A stretch of 64,000 bases of DNA, taken from assembly GCA_964016885.1 (NCBI GenBank), contig OZ024764.1, positions 3,348,001-3,412,000 of the forward strand, read 5' to 3'. Positions 43,128 through 53,470 of this stretch are shown piece after piece; positions within the stretch are counted from its first letter, which is position 1; each line of letters opens with the position of its first letter. Origin of the DNA: Eledone cirrhosa (taxonomy: Eukaryota). Position numbers and translations under genes: made by a program. Below the pieces are notes generated by a model. The model had not been told where the DNA came from, did not search any database, and saw nothing but the letters and a program-made list of their open reading frames with translations.

Positions 43128-45640
43128 TTTACGTCCGCTTTTCCCTGCATGCAAGGGTGGGACGGGTCTTATTCAGCACAGCATCTCTCCACTCGTCACG
43201 GTCCCTCGTCATCTCCACCGTGAGCTTCAATGATCTGAGGTCTGCTCTCACCACCTCCGCCCATGTATTTCGTGGTCTACCTCTACCACGTCTTCCTTCA
43301 ACTGGCAATTCCTGGCACTTCTTTATCCAGCGATCATCCTCCATGCGCATCACATGTCCATACCACCTCAGTCTCCTCTCCCGTACACTACATTCTATCC
43401 CTCTCAGACACAGTTTCTCTCTCAACACATCACATGTCCATACCACCTCAGTCTCCTCTCCCGTACACTACATTCTATCCCTCTCAGACACAGTTTCTCT
43501 CTCAACACATCACATGTCCATACCACCTCAGTCTCCTCTCCCGTACACTACATTCTATCCCTCTCAGACACAGTTTCTCTCTCAACACATCACATGTCCA
43601 TACCACCTCAGTCTCCTCTCCCGTACACTACATTCTATCCATCTCAGACACAGTTTCTCTCTCAACACATCACATGTCCATACCACCTCAGTCTCCTCTC
43701 CCGTACACTACATTCTATCCCTCTCAGACACAGTTTCTCTCTCAACACATCACATGTCCATACCACCTCAGTCTCCTCTCCCGTACACTACATTCTATCC
43801 ATCTCAGACACAGTTTCTCTCTCAACACATCACATGTCCATACCACCTCAGTCTCCTCTCCCGTACACTACATTCTATCCCTCTCAGACACAGTTTCTCT
43901 CTCAACACATCACATGTCCATACCACCTCAGTCTCCTCTCCCGTACACTACATTCTATCCCTCTCAGACACAGTTTCTCTCTCAACACATCACATGTCCA
44001 TACCACCTCAGTCTCCTCTCCCGTACACTACATTCTATCCATCTCAGACACAGTTTCTCTCTCAACACATCACATGTCCATACCACCTCAGTCTCCTCTC
44101 CCGTACACTACATTCTATCCCTCTCAGACACAGTTTCTCTCTCAACACATCACATGTCCATACCACCTCAGTCTCCTCTCCCGTACACTACATTCTATCC
44201 CTCTCAGACACAGTTTCTCTCTCAACACATCACATGTCCATACCACCTCAGTCTCCTCTCCCGTACACTACATTCTATCCCTCTCAGACACAGTTTCTCT
44301 CTCAACACATCACATGTCCATACCTCCTCAGTCTCCTCTTCCGTACACTACATTCTATCCCTCTCAGACACAGTTTCTCTCTCAACACATCACATGTCCA
44401 TACCACCTCAGTCTCCTGTCCCGTACACTACATTCTATCCCTCTCAGACACAGTTTCTCTCTCAACACATCACATGTCCATACCACCTCAGTCTCCTCTC
44501 CCGTACACTACATTCTATCCCTCTCAGACACAGTTTCTCTCTCAACACATCACATGTCCATACCACCTCAGTCTCCTCTCCCGTACACTACATTCTATCC
44601 CTCTCAGACACAGTTTCTCTCTCAACACATCACATGTCCATACCACCTCAGTCTCCTCTCTCACACACTACATTCTATCCCTCTCAGACACAGTTTCTCT
44701 CTCAACACATCACATGTCCATACCACCTCAGTCTCCTCTCTCACACACTACATTCTATCCCTCTCAGACACAGTTTCTCTCTCAACACATCACATGTCCA
44801 TACCACCTCAGTCTCCTGTCCCGTACACTACATTCTATCCCTCTCAGACACAGTTTCTCTCTCAACACATCACATGTCCATACCACCTCAGTCTCCTGTC
44901 CCGTACACTACATTCTATGCCTCTCAGACACAGTTTCTCTCTCAACACATCACATGTCCATACCACCTCAGTCTCCTCTCCCGTACACTACATTCTATCC
45001 CTCTCAGACACAGTTTCTCTCTCAACACATCACATGTCCATACCACCTCAGTCTCCTCTCCCGTACACTACATTCTATCCCTCTCAGACACAGTTTCTCT
45101 CTCAACACATCACATGTCCATACCACCTCAGTCTCCTCTCCCGTACACTACATTCTATCCCTCTCAGACACAGTTTCTCTCTCAACACATCACATGTCCA
45201 TACCACCGCAGTCTCCTCTCTCACACACTACATTCTATCCCTCTCAGACACAGTTTCTCTCTCAACTCATCACATATCCATACCACCTCAGTCTCCTGTC
45301 CCGTACACTACATACTATCCCTCTCAGACACAGTTTCTCTCTCAACACATCACATGTCCATACCACCTCAGTCTCCTCTCTCGTACACTACATTCTATCC
45401 CTCTCAGACACAGTTTCTCTCTCAACACATCACATGTCCATACCACCTCAGTCTCCTCTCCCGTACACCACATTCTATCCCTCTCAGACACAGTTTCTCT
45501 CTCAACACATCACATGTCCATACCACCTCAGTCTCCTCTCCCGTACACTACATTCTATCCCTCTCAGACAGTTTCTCTCTCAACACATTTATGCTGGGTC
45601 GTTCACGCACATTTACACTGCACATCCAACGGAGCATGCT
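43126..45640 (-). mobile_element. 3' end of an RTE LINE interrupted by an 80-bp tandem array
   Basis: Minus strand SMLRWMCSVNVRERPSINVLREKL [array] RERRLRWYGHVMRMEDDRWIKKC..GRGRPRNTW.. Confidence 0.9.
43348..45588. repeat. 80-bp tandem array, about 28 copies, derived from LINE coding sequence
   Basis: Unit catcacatgtccataccacctcagtctcctctcccgtacactacattctatccctctcagacacagtttctctctcaaca. Confidence 0.95.
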
Positions 45641-45869
45641 ATATATAGAAATGGCTTCTACAGGACTAGGACTGTTTCATTCCTGTGAAATCATCAATAT
45701 ACAGTTGTCCCCTGGTATTCGCGGAGGTTACGTTCCTAGACCACCTGAGAAGAGTGAAAAAACTGCTAATATTGGACGTGGTCCATAAAAATGCCTATAA
45801 ACGTCAAAATATAACGTAAAATATAATTTTAAAAAAAGGGAGAGTCTTATGTGAAGGGGCGTCTAATAG

Positions 45870-46235
45870 GCCGCTGGATGTGTAATAGTAATATACGTGA
45901 ACGGCAAAGCAAAAACGAACTAAGGGAAAAATTAGAAATAAGAGGGATCAGATGTTGTTTACTCGAGAGAAGGCTACGTTGGTATGGTCACGTGATGCAC
46001 ATGAAAGACGACAGCTGTATAACAAAGTGCAGGGTGATAAAAATAGACGGTAGCCACGGAGTAGGCAGACCCAGAAAAACCTGGGACGACTTGATAAATT
46101 CCGACCTCATACACTTACACCTCTCCAAGACAATGTCACTGGACCGAGACCTTTGGCGCTACACAGTAATAGAGAAGACCCGCCTTACCTAAGTACAAAG
46201 TAAAACTTACTACAGTCAGTAGGCACCTCTAACAA
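45870..46235 (+). mobile_element. RTE LINE C-terminal fragment
   Basis: RWMCNSNIRER..RRLRWYGHVMHM..GRPRKTWDD..KTRLT*; closely similar to 3655-3862. Confidence 0.9.
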
Positions 46236-46299
46236 AATACAACCCCCCCGTCCCACTACCCCCACCCCATCCACACCACCCCTTTTGATGTAAAGTTAT

Positions 46300-46776
46300 G
46301 TTGGTGCCACAACATCCAGGCCGAAACAAATGGTGTCACGACAAAAAAGCACACAGTCCACGCTGTAATGTGGCCGTGTAGGTAACACGGTATAAACCTC
46401 CCAGTCCACACTGTAAATGTGGTTGGTGTTAGGAAGGGCATCCAGCTGTAGAAAACCCGCCAGACAGTCCACGCTGTAATGTGGCCATGGAGGCAACACG
46501 GTAAAAACCTCCCAGTCCACACTGTAGATGTGGTTGGTGTTAGGAAGGGCATCCAACTGTAGAAAACCCGCCAGACAGTCCACGCTGTAATGTGGCCATG
46601 TAGGTAACACGGTAAAACCCTCCCAGTTCCACACTGTAAATGTGGTTGGTGTTAGGAAGGGCATCCAGCTGTAGAAAACCTGCCAGACAGTCCTATGCGA
46701 GCAAGACAACCACTCTTGCCTCAAGTGGGAAAACTCCCGTCCAAACCCATGCAAGCGTGGAATATGGACGTTAAAC

Positions 46777-46812
<36 letters not shown>
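46300..46812 (+). mobile_element. SINE-like family A with a triplicated segment of about 110 bp
   Basis: 'acagtccacgctgtaatgtggcc..ggttggtgttaggaagggcatcca.ctgtagaaaacc' x3, then the (GAT)n tail. Confidence 0.85.
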
Positions 46813-46813
<1 letters not shown>

Positions 46814-47002
46814 TTGTTGATAATTTAGTGTTAAATATAAATATATTGCCACGAAAAAGATATTAAAATAATTGCGGAAGATATTTACAATTCCATGAAT
46901 ATTTGATGGTTTCTCGGAAAAATTGTTAGTTAGGTTCTGAGGAAAATATCTGTGAAAAGCCAGGACCGCGAATGCGGTGGGTACACTGTATATAGTTTGG
47001 TG

Positions 47003-47206
47003 GACTGTTTTGCTGAACATCTGAAGGACATATAACTCAGTATGGATACTCCCGTCACCTGTCATTTCCCCTTCCCCAGGTCACTCTTCTCTGCATGTCT
47101 CAGTCCTGTGTGTCCTTTTACATGACGGATCACAAGCCTCGTGCATCAGGAATGAACAAAGTCTGATCTTCTGCCTCGGGTCCAGTTTCCCCAATGGACA
47201 CAACTC
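47003..47206 (+). pseudogene. GIY-YIG endonuclease C-terminal remnant of a Penelope-like element
   Basis: Manual translation with one stop and one frameshift: DCFAEHLKDI*..PVTCHF..GHSSLHVSVL..RNEQSLIFCLGSSFPNGHN, matching the PLE pattern F.EH..PV..HF..E...I..L....P.G.N. Confidence 0.7.
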
Positions 47207-47249
47207 CTCTCCCCAATTTCTTTAATATTACACACTTATATTCAATGTT

Positions 47250-47503
47250 TACTTCTCTACCCTTTGAAGTCCTCAACCAATTCTAGTGGCTTCCCGCCTA
47301 CATTAGTGATCCCCTCTGGCTTCTCAACATTCTCTACCAGATATTTTGTTTTAGTCTCATTCATTCTCAGCCCCACACTCATCGACACAGTCTCAACCTC
47401 CTGCATCAAATCCTCTGCCTCCTACACTGTATTTGTCACCAGAACTATGTCATCGGCAAATTCAGCATCCGATATCTTTTTCGCCTTAACTCTCCTGCTC
47501 TGG
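47250..47503 (-). pseudogene. Non-LTR retrotransposon RT fragment (RTE-X-like)
   Basis: Manual translation: QSRRVKAKKISDAEFADDIVLVTNTV*EAEDLMQEVETVSMSVGLRMNETKTKYL..LELVEDFK. Confidence 0.75.
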
Positions 47504-48121
47504 TATTATATATATATATGGTATTATATTGTCTTTCTAGACCCACATGTATTACTGTTACCTCTATCTTATTAGTTATATGTTTCTTTCTCATTTCAGC
47601 AAATAATGGTGAGCAGTAAAGAATGCAGCAGAGATACAGTGGGAGTGCAGTTGATGTATAGTTGAATTGCAGCAGAGACACAGTGGAACTGCAGTAGATA
47701 TTCTGTTGCTATGTATTTGAAATGTAGTATGATTCAGTGGACATACAGTAGAACTGCAGTGGATTAACAGTAGAACTGCAGTAGATTTACAGTAGAACTG
47801 CAGTAGAGTCACTATAACTCTATATCTACCAAACAATTTACCCGAGGGTAAAAAACACACAGAACTTTAAAAAATATATAAAAATCCCCCCACCCCTCCT
47901 CCACCACCACCGCCACTCCACCACCACCACTACACTTACACCAAAAAGAAATACACACCCTCTGAAAAAAAATTAAACCCCTGAAGAAACAAAACACCCT
48001 CCACTTCCCCCACTCCCCACCCCACCCCAGTAAAAATACATCCCTTCAAAAAACAAAACAGCGACCCCAAAAACCCCACAAAAAAAATCAAAACAAGACC
48101 CCCCCTCCCCCCACACACAAG

Positions 48122-49606
48122 ATGGCCGCTGAGAAGACAAGACATGCCGAGGCTTACTATTTGTACATCATTGCCGGTGTGGGCCTCTTTTTCAATTCTC
48201 TGGTCATCCTCTGTGTCATATTGAAGAGGTCCCTGAGACGTATGACAAGCGCCTTTCTCGTGCACGCGTGCCTCCTCAATGGATGTCGGTCAATGTTCTG
48301 TGTGCTTTTCGCTAACAATCTGCTCAGCCAACGACAGCCGACCAACTGCGACCTAGAGGGAGCCACCTACATCGTTGTCATGACGGTTTATGCGTTCAAC
48401 ATGGTGGCAATGGTTTGCTGCGAGGCGTACACGTTTGGAGAGACAAACATTGGTGGTGACACAAGGGGCACATTTTGCTGTGTCCTATTTGGCCTCATAA
48501 TGGTCTACATCGCAAGCTTGATTCTACACCTTGGCCCCACCCTCATCGGGGGGTATTATGGCTTCCATCCAGACATCGGCAATTGCACATTCATACTCGG
48601 ACAAGTGGAGAGTTACGTCGCTTATTTGATGTGGATTGCAATTGTGAGCCTCGCCCTGATGGCCATCGTACACTACATCCTGAGGTTGTATAGAGAGATC
48701 CAGGTTAACCAACCCAACAGGGTCTCCATGCTGGTCCGCTCCTCAATCTGTTTTGCCAATGCTCCAAAGGTCTCCGAGAGCAGCGTGCGTGCCATGGTGG
48801 ATGATTCGCTGCACCGCGCCAAACTCTTCATAGCCGTCTCTGCCAGCTTTGCTGTGTGCTGGTACCCTCTCTTTGTTCTCATACTCATCGACATGAAGTT
48901 TCGGGTTTCCCCGAAAGTTTACCAGGCGTTTAGTTTCATCGCCTGGACTCAGTCGGCCATAGAGCCGATACTGTTCACCTTTCTTGACCGTAACCTTGAC
49001 CTTCTCGTACGCTACGTGACATGCTGTGTCGGTGCCCAGCGCAAGTACGATATGGAGACTATAGTATCTCTTATGTCGCAGTACCAACAAGCTGTAGCAC
49101 AACACGACCTCCCGGACAGCGAGACTGGACACCACCAACACCAACAACACCATCCACTGCCGGACAGCGAGACTGGACACCACCAACACCATCCACTGCC
49201 GGACAGCGAGACTGGACAACACCATCAACACCACCATCCACTGCCGGACAGCGAGACTGGACACCACCAACACCACCATCCACTCCCGGACAGCGAGACT
49301 GGACACCACCATCCACTCCCGGACAGCGAGACTGGACACCACCAACACCACCATCCACAACAACATCAACGCCACCAGCAACAACAACAACAACATCATC
49401 AACACCACCAGCAACAACACCACCACCACCACCAGCAACAACACCATCAGCAGCAACAACAACAACAGCAGCAGCAACAGTATCGCAGTCGACAACAGGG
49501 TTACACACCACGGAACAACAAGGAGCTACCCGACGACGGCGAGGACTTCCCCCTCCCAGAGCCACTACGAGAGGAAACATACCCTCCCCATGAGTACCGG
49601 GTGTGA
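48122..49606 (+). CDS. Intronless rhodopsin-class (class A) GPCR, SREB/GPR85-like orphan receptor, with a repetitive His/Gln-rich C-tail
   Basis: 494-aa ORF with seven hydrophobic segments; TM1 Asn (FFNSLV), EAY at the DRY position, ECL Cys pair, CWYPLF in TM6, QSAIEPILF in TM7. The subfamily call is by motif resemblance only, and an upstream exon cannot be excluded. Confidence 0.88.
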   Translation: MAAEKTRHAEAYYLYIIAGVGLFFNSLVILCVILKRSLRRMTSAFLVHACLLNGCRSMFCVLFANNLLSQRQPTNCDLEGATYIVVMTVYAFNMVAMVCCEAYTFGETNIGGDTRGTFCCVLFGLIMVYIASLILHLGPTLIGGYYGFHPDIGNCTFILGQVESYVAYLMWIAIVSLALMAIVHYILRLYREIQVNQPNRVSMLVRSSICFANAPKVSESSVRAMVDDSLHRAKLFIAVSASFAVCWYPLFVLILIDMKFRVSPKVYQAFSFIAWTQSAIEPILFTFLDRNLDLLVRYVTCCVGAQRKYDMETIVSLMSQYQQAVAQHDLPDSETGHHQHQQHHPLPDSETGHHQHHPLPDSETGQHHQHHHPLPDSETGHHQHHHPLPDSETGHHHPLPDSETGHHQHHHPQQHQRHQQQQQQHHQHHQQQHHHHHQQQHHQQQQQQQQQQQYRSRQQGYTPRNNKELPDDGEDFPLPEPLREETYPPHEYRV

Positions 49607-49877
49607 GAGAGCTGATGGTGGTGGTGGTGGTGGTGGTGGTGGTGGCAGTAGTAGTGGTGGCGGTGGCGGTGGTTATGCTGTTCGAAGTGGTGGTGGTGGT
49701 GGTCAAGGTGATGGTATGGTGTGGTGTTGTAGTGGTCAATACATTCTAGCCAGGACAACCACTAAACCTCGTCCTGCCTAGAACCACATGATAATTTACC
49801 CTATTTCCCGGCGCCAAACACCTTTCTTCCTCGAGGGCGCACCCCGAGTTTTGACAACTAAAAATAAAAAAAAAAAA

Positions 49878-50250
49878 CCATTGTTTCTACGTTTGGCACA
49901 AAACCAGCAATTACCCCAGTGCATTACTGGTACTTTAATGTTATCGACCCCGTAAGGATGAAAGGCGAAGTCAACATCGGCAGGATTTGAACCCAGACCG
50001 TAAAGGGCCGTAACTCTGTGCTACAAAGCGTGGCATCCGACCCCTCTACCGCACAATAATAATGTGATTGTTGTTTTTACATTTGGCACAAGGCCAGCAA
50101 TTACCCCAGTGCATTACTGGTACTTTATTTTATCGAGCCCCCCCCCCCCCCCCCCCGTAAAGGATGAAAAAGGCGAAGTTAACCCTGGTAGGATTTGAAC
50201 CCAGACTGTAAAGGGCCGTAACTCTATGCTACAAAGCATGGCCTCCAGCC
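49878..50250 (-). mobile_element. Two tandem SINE fragments
   Basis: 'ttggcacaa..ccagcaattaccccagtgcattactggtacttta..atcga.ccc..aggatgaaaggcgaagt..ggatttgaaccc' twice; related copy at 56105-56262. Confidence 0.7.
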
Positions 50251-50379
50251 CTCGGCCTCGGGATGCTTGGAAGATTTTTGAGACTTATTTTAGGAGAAAA
50301 AGTAGCGTCTTTGATGCTGGGAAATATTGTATTTCATGTGACACTGACATATCAACTGAGTTACACAGACACACAGACA

Positions 50380-50633
50380 ATGTAGGTGTCACGACAAAAA
50401 AAACACACAGTCCACGCTGTAATGTGGCCGTGTAGGTAACACGGTAAAAACCTCCCAGTTCCACACTGTAAACGTGGTTGGTGTTAGGAAGGGCATCCAG
50501 CCGTAGAAAACCCGCCAGACAGTCCTATGCGAGCGAGACAAACCAATCTTGCCTCAAGTGGGAAAACTCCCATCAAAACCCATGCAAGCGTGGAAGATGG
50601 ACGTTAAACGATGATGATGATGATGATGATGAT
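50380..50633 (+). mobile_element. SINE-like family A with a single 47-mer unit
   Basis: tgtaggtgtcacgacaaaaaaaacacacagtccacgctg..ggacgttaaacgatgatg. Confidence 0.85.
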
Positions 50634-50749
50634 GTATATATATATATATGCCGTATGGTAGCTAGGATGCGTCCATATCCACAGGCGGTATGCCAGTTGA
50701 GCACTCTATGCTATCATACCCCATTCTATCATACTCTTGAGCAGAGTAT

Positions 50750-51085
50750 GATAAAATGGGAAACGAAGAATCAGTGATGCATGGGAACTCAGTTTATTAC
50801 GTATTACAATTGTTTCTCCGGTGAACAGCTTGAGGTGCGATCCGTTTGTGGATCGAACCTGACTCTGGATTCGCAATTTCCTCAGATACGTCTAGTGATT
50901 TCGGGGTCGATAAAATAAAGAGAATTTGCTTCGAAATCACTAGACGTATCTGAGGAACTTGCGAATCCAGAGTCAGGTTCGATCCACAAACAGATCGCAC
51001 CTCAAGCTGTTCACCGGAGAAACAATTGTAATACGTAATAAACTGAGTTCTGATGCATCATTGATTCTTTATTTTCCATTTCATA
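50750..51085. mobile_element. Foldback cassette (about 150-bp arms, 28-nt loop) with a long-stem-II hammerhead in each arm
   Basis: Arms pair with a constant coordinate sum of 101835 (50799/51036, 50903/50932). Confidence 0.85.
50944..51036 (+). ncRNA. Putative hammerhead ribozyme with extended stem II (mirror copy at 50799-50891, minus strand)
   Basis: ACGUAU-CUGAGGA-[62 nt incl. hairpin AGGU-CGAUCC/GGAUCG-ACCU]-GAAAC-AAUU-GUA^AUACGU; 6-bp stem I; palindrome ACAAUUGU. Confidence 0.65.
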
Positions 51086-51107
51086 TATATATCTGGCAGA
51101 AAGGTAT

Positions 51108-51150
51108 ACGGTGCTGACGATAGCTAATAAGCTTGAAACTAGTACATCGT
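51108..51150 (+). ncRNA. Minimal type I hammerhead ribozyme, solo copy
   Basis: ACGGUG-CUGACGA-UAGC-UAAUAA-GCUU-GAAAC-UA-GUA^CAUCGU; stem I 6 bp (one GU); palindrome ACUAGU. Confidence 0.8.
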
Positions 51151-51279
51151 TCCTGTGTCAGTGTTGAACAAAAAGGTGACGTGGTTGCCTTAACACTGTA
51201 CGGCGTAATTCAGGCTGTTTGTTTGTTTACAAACGAACAAACCGAGCATTATAATAAATGTTCGGTAAACTGATACGTG

Positions 51280-51369
51280 CATATATATATATGTGTGTGC
51301 CTGTATGTATATATATACATGCTACTGTACGTCTGTATACATATATGTATGTACGTATACATACATACC

Positions 51370-51435
<66 letters not shown>

Positions 51436-51553
51436 TGTAGGTTTAAGTGTGTCTTTGGTAGTATACAGAATAATATATTAATTGTCAGAAAAACTATAAG
51501 ACTTGCTAGCAATGAGGTATGATGATGATGATGATGATATATGTGTGTGTGTG

Positions 51554-51607
<54 letters not shown>

Positions 51608-52030
51608 TATACATGTATATATATGTATGCAAGTATATATAAGTATACAGATGTATATATATATATATATATATATGCATATACATATACATACATATAT
51701 ATATATGCATACATATACATATACATATATATATATGCATACACACACATATATATACATATATATATATATTTATATATACATATATACATACATACAT
51801 ATACATATTTATATATACATATATACATATATATATATACACATCCATACATATATATACATATATATATATATGTATGTATGCGTGTGTGTGTTAAAAT
51901 ATCTGTCGGTGTGAAAAGGAGAAAGTATGACAGTGCTGAGAGATGTGAGATCTGATATATTACATTTACATTATATTATATTATATTACATTATATTACA
52001 TTAAATTACATTATAATACATTATATTACA
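51280..52030. repeat. (TA)n/(TACA)n/(TTATA)n microsatellites
   Basis: Direct reading. Confidence 0.85.
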
Positions 52031-52184
52031 TGGTACTATAACACTCAGCACATATATTATGTTATGTTCATACATGGAACTATATCGCTAGCAGTAACTT
52101 GATCTTATTATGGTCAACATCAATAAAATATCTTCACATTTATGAACATAAATAATATATAGTTATATATATATATATATATAT

Positions 52185-52480
52185 ATAGTTATGTAATAAA
52201 CAACATAAGGTAATTATTTCATTTACCAGTGGTTTCTTGAAAGCAAACAAATTTTGCTTTCAATCATCAGAATGAAAAAATCCTGGTGTATTTATTGACA
52301 TTGGATTTTAAAAACAAAAATATAATCTATTCATATAGATTATATTTTTGTTTTTAAAATCCAATGTCAATAAATACACCAGGATTTTTTCATTCTGATG
52401 ATTGAAAGCAAAATTTGTTTGCTTTCAAGAAACCACTGGTAAATGAAATAATTACCTTATGTTGTTTATTACATAACTAT
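52185..52480. mobile_element. Perfect foldback cassette (about 146-bp arms, 4-nt loop) with an intact hammerhead in each arm
   Basis: Centre atctat-tcat-atagat (52331-52334); one-sided extension at 52481-52541; (TA)n on both sides. Confidence 0.9.
52388..52448 (+). ncRNA. Hammerhead ribozyme (mirror copy at 52217-52277, minus strand)
   Basis: UUUCAUU-CUGAUGA-UUGAAAGCAAA-AUUUG-UUUGCUUUCAA-GAAAC-CACUG-GUA^AAUGAAA; 7-bp stem I and 11-bp stem II. Confidence 0.85.
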
Positions 52481-52742
52481 TAAGCTCTGTAACCTACATA
52501 GAGCACTCTTTTTTCCTGGACCTTTCTGCCGGAATTACTTCATATATATATATATATATATATAAAATCAAGGGAGTGTAAACACAGAAAATATCTTAAA
52601 AAATAATAATAAATAATTAAATTCCAAAAAATTCACTGTACTTACTATATCTCCCACACTGGCATACTGGCAATACTTGTATCCCTGTATGTATTAATTA
52701 CATATAGGACACATACTTTTATTATATATATATATATATATA

Positions 52743-53042
52743 TATAAAGAAAAAGAGATGAAATCGAAAATGCAACTGGAGTCTTATTTTTTTTTTAAAT
52801 ATATATATTTATTTGGTTCCTTTACCAGTTTCGCAGTTCTTCTGTTTTTCAAAAGGTGAGTTGAGATGGAGGGTCTGTGGTTTTTCTCAGAGATGTGAGA
52901 AAAACCACAGACCCTCCATCTCAACTCACCTTTTGAAAAGCAGAAGAACTGCGAAACCGGTAAAGGAACCAAATAAATATATATATTTTTTAAAAAAATA
53001 AGACTCCAGTTGCATTTTCGATTTCATCTCTTTTTCTTTATA
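52743..53042. mobile_element. Foldback cassette (about 147-bp arms, 6-nt loop) with a U3-A8 hammerhead
   Basis: Centre tctca-gagatg-tgaga; explains the twin near-identical ORFs 52784-52972(-) and 52813-53001(+). Confidence 0.88.
52929..52966 (+). ncRNA. Minimal hammerhead ribozyme, U3-A8 core covariant
   Basis: CCUU-UUGAAAA-GCAG-AAGAA-CUGC-GAAAC-CG-GUA^AAGG; palindrome ACCGGU; the mirror copy at 52819-52856 has two substitutions. Confidence 0.7.
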
Positions 53043-53097
53043 CTTTCACTCGTGTAGGACACCTCGGTTATTTTTCATTTTGTAAAAAAAACCTCAC

Positions 53098-53175
<78 letters not shown>

Positions 53176-53331
53176 CCTTTGAATGAAACAGTTCTACTCC
53201 TGTAGAAGTAATTTCTATATTAAATATTTATACTCTGCTATGTATTGAGTACCTTACTTACTGTGGTTACCTCCGATTGAGCCCAGGATAAACACACACT
53301 CAGAAATATTCACACATATACACGTATATAT

Positions 53332-53453
53332 AAATATTTATTATAATAACAGATTAAAGATTAAGCAAAGAATCGCTGCTTTCACCCTTAACTGGATCTT
53401 CTGAAAGCAGCAATGTTTTGCTTAAACTTTAATCTGCTCTTATAATAAATATT
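53332..53453. repeat. Degenerate foldback (about 52-bp arms)
   Basis: aaatatttattataa..cagattaaagattaagcaaa..gctgctttca / tgaaagcagc..tttgcttaaactttaatctg..ttataataaatattt. Confidence 0.7.
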
Positions 53454-53470
53454 TTCTCTACAGATATATA

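Larger units (their letters stand above)
45700..46990. mobile_element. Probable pogo/Tigger-like non-autonomous DNA transposon with nested LINE and SINE pieces
   Basis: Left end TA-CAGTTGTCCCCTGGTATTCGCGG; right end CCGCGAATGCGGTGGGTACACTG-TA (imperfect TIRs, TA flanks). Confidence 0.55.

Noticed and set aside
43157-45788. Three long plus-strand ORFs (843, 841 and 764 aa)
   Set aside because: Antisense read-through of a stop-free 80-bp tandem repeat derived from a LINE
48743-49781. Overlapping alternative-frame and antisense ORFs in the GPCR tail
   Set aside because: By-products of CAC/CAA and GGT triplet repeats
52784-53001. Pair of near-identical 62-aa ORFs on opposite strands
   Set aside because: A direct consequence of the palindrome
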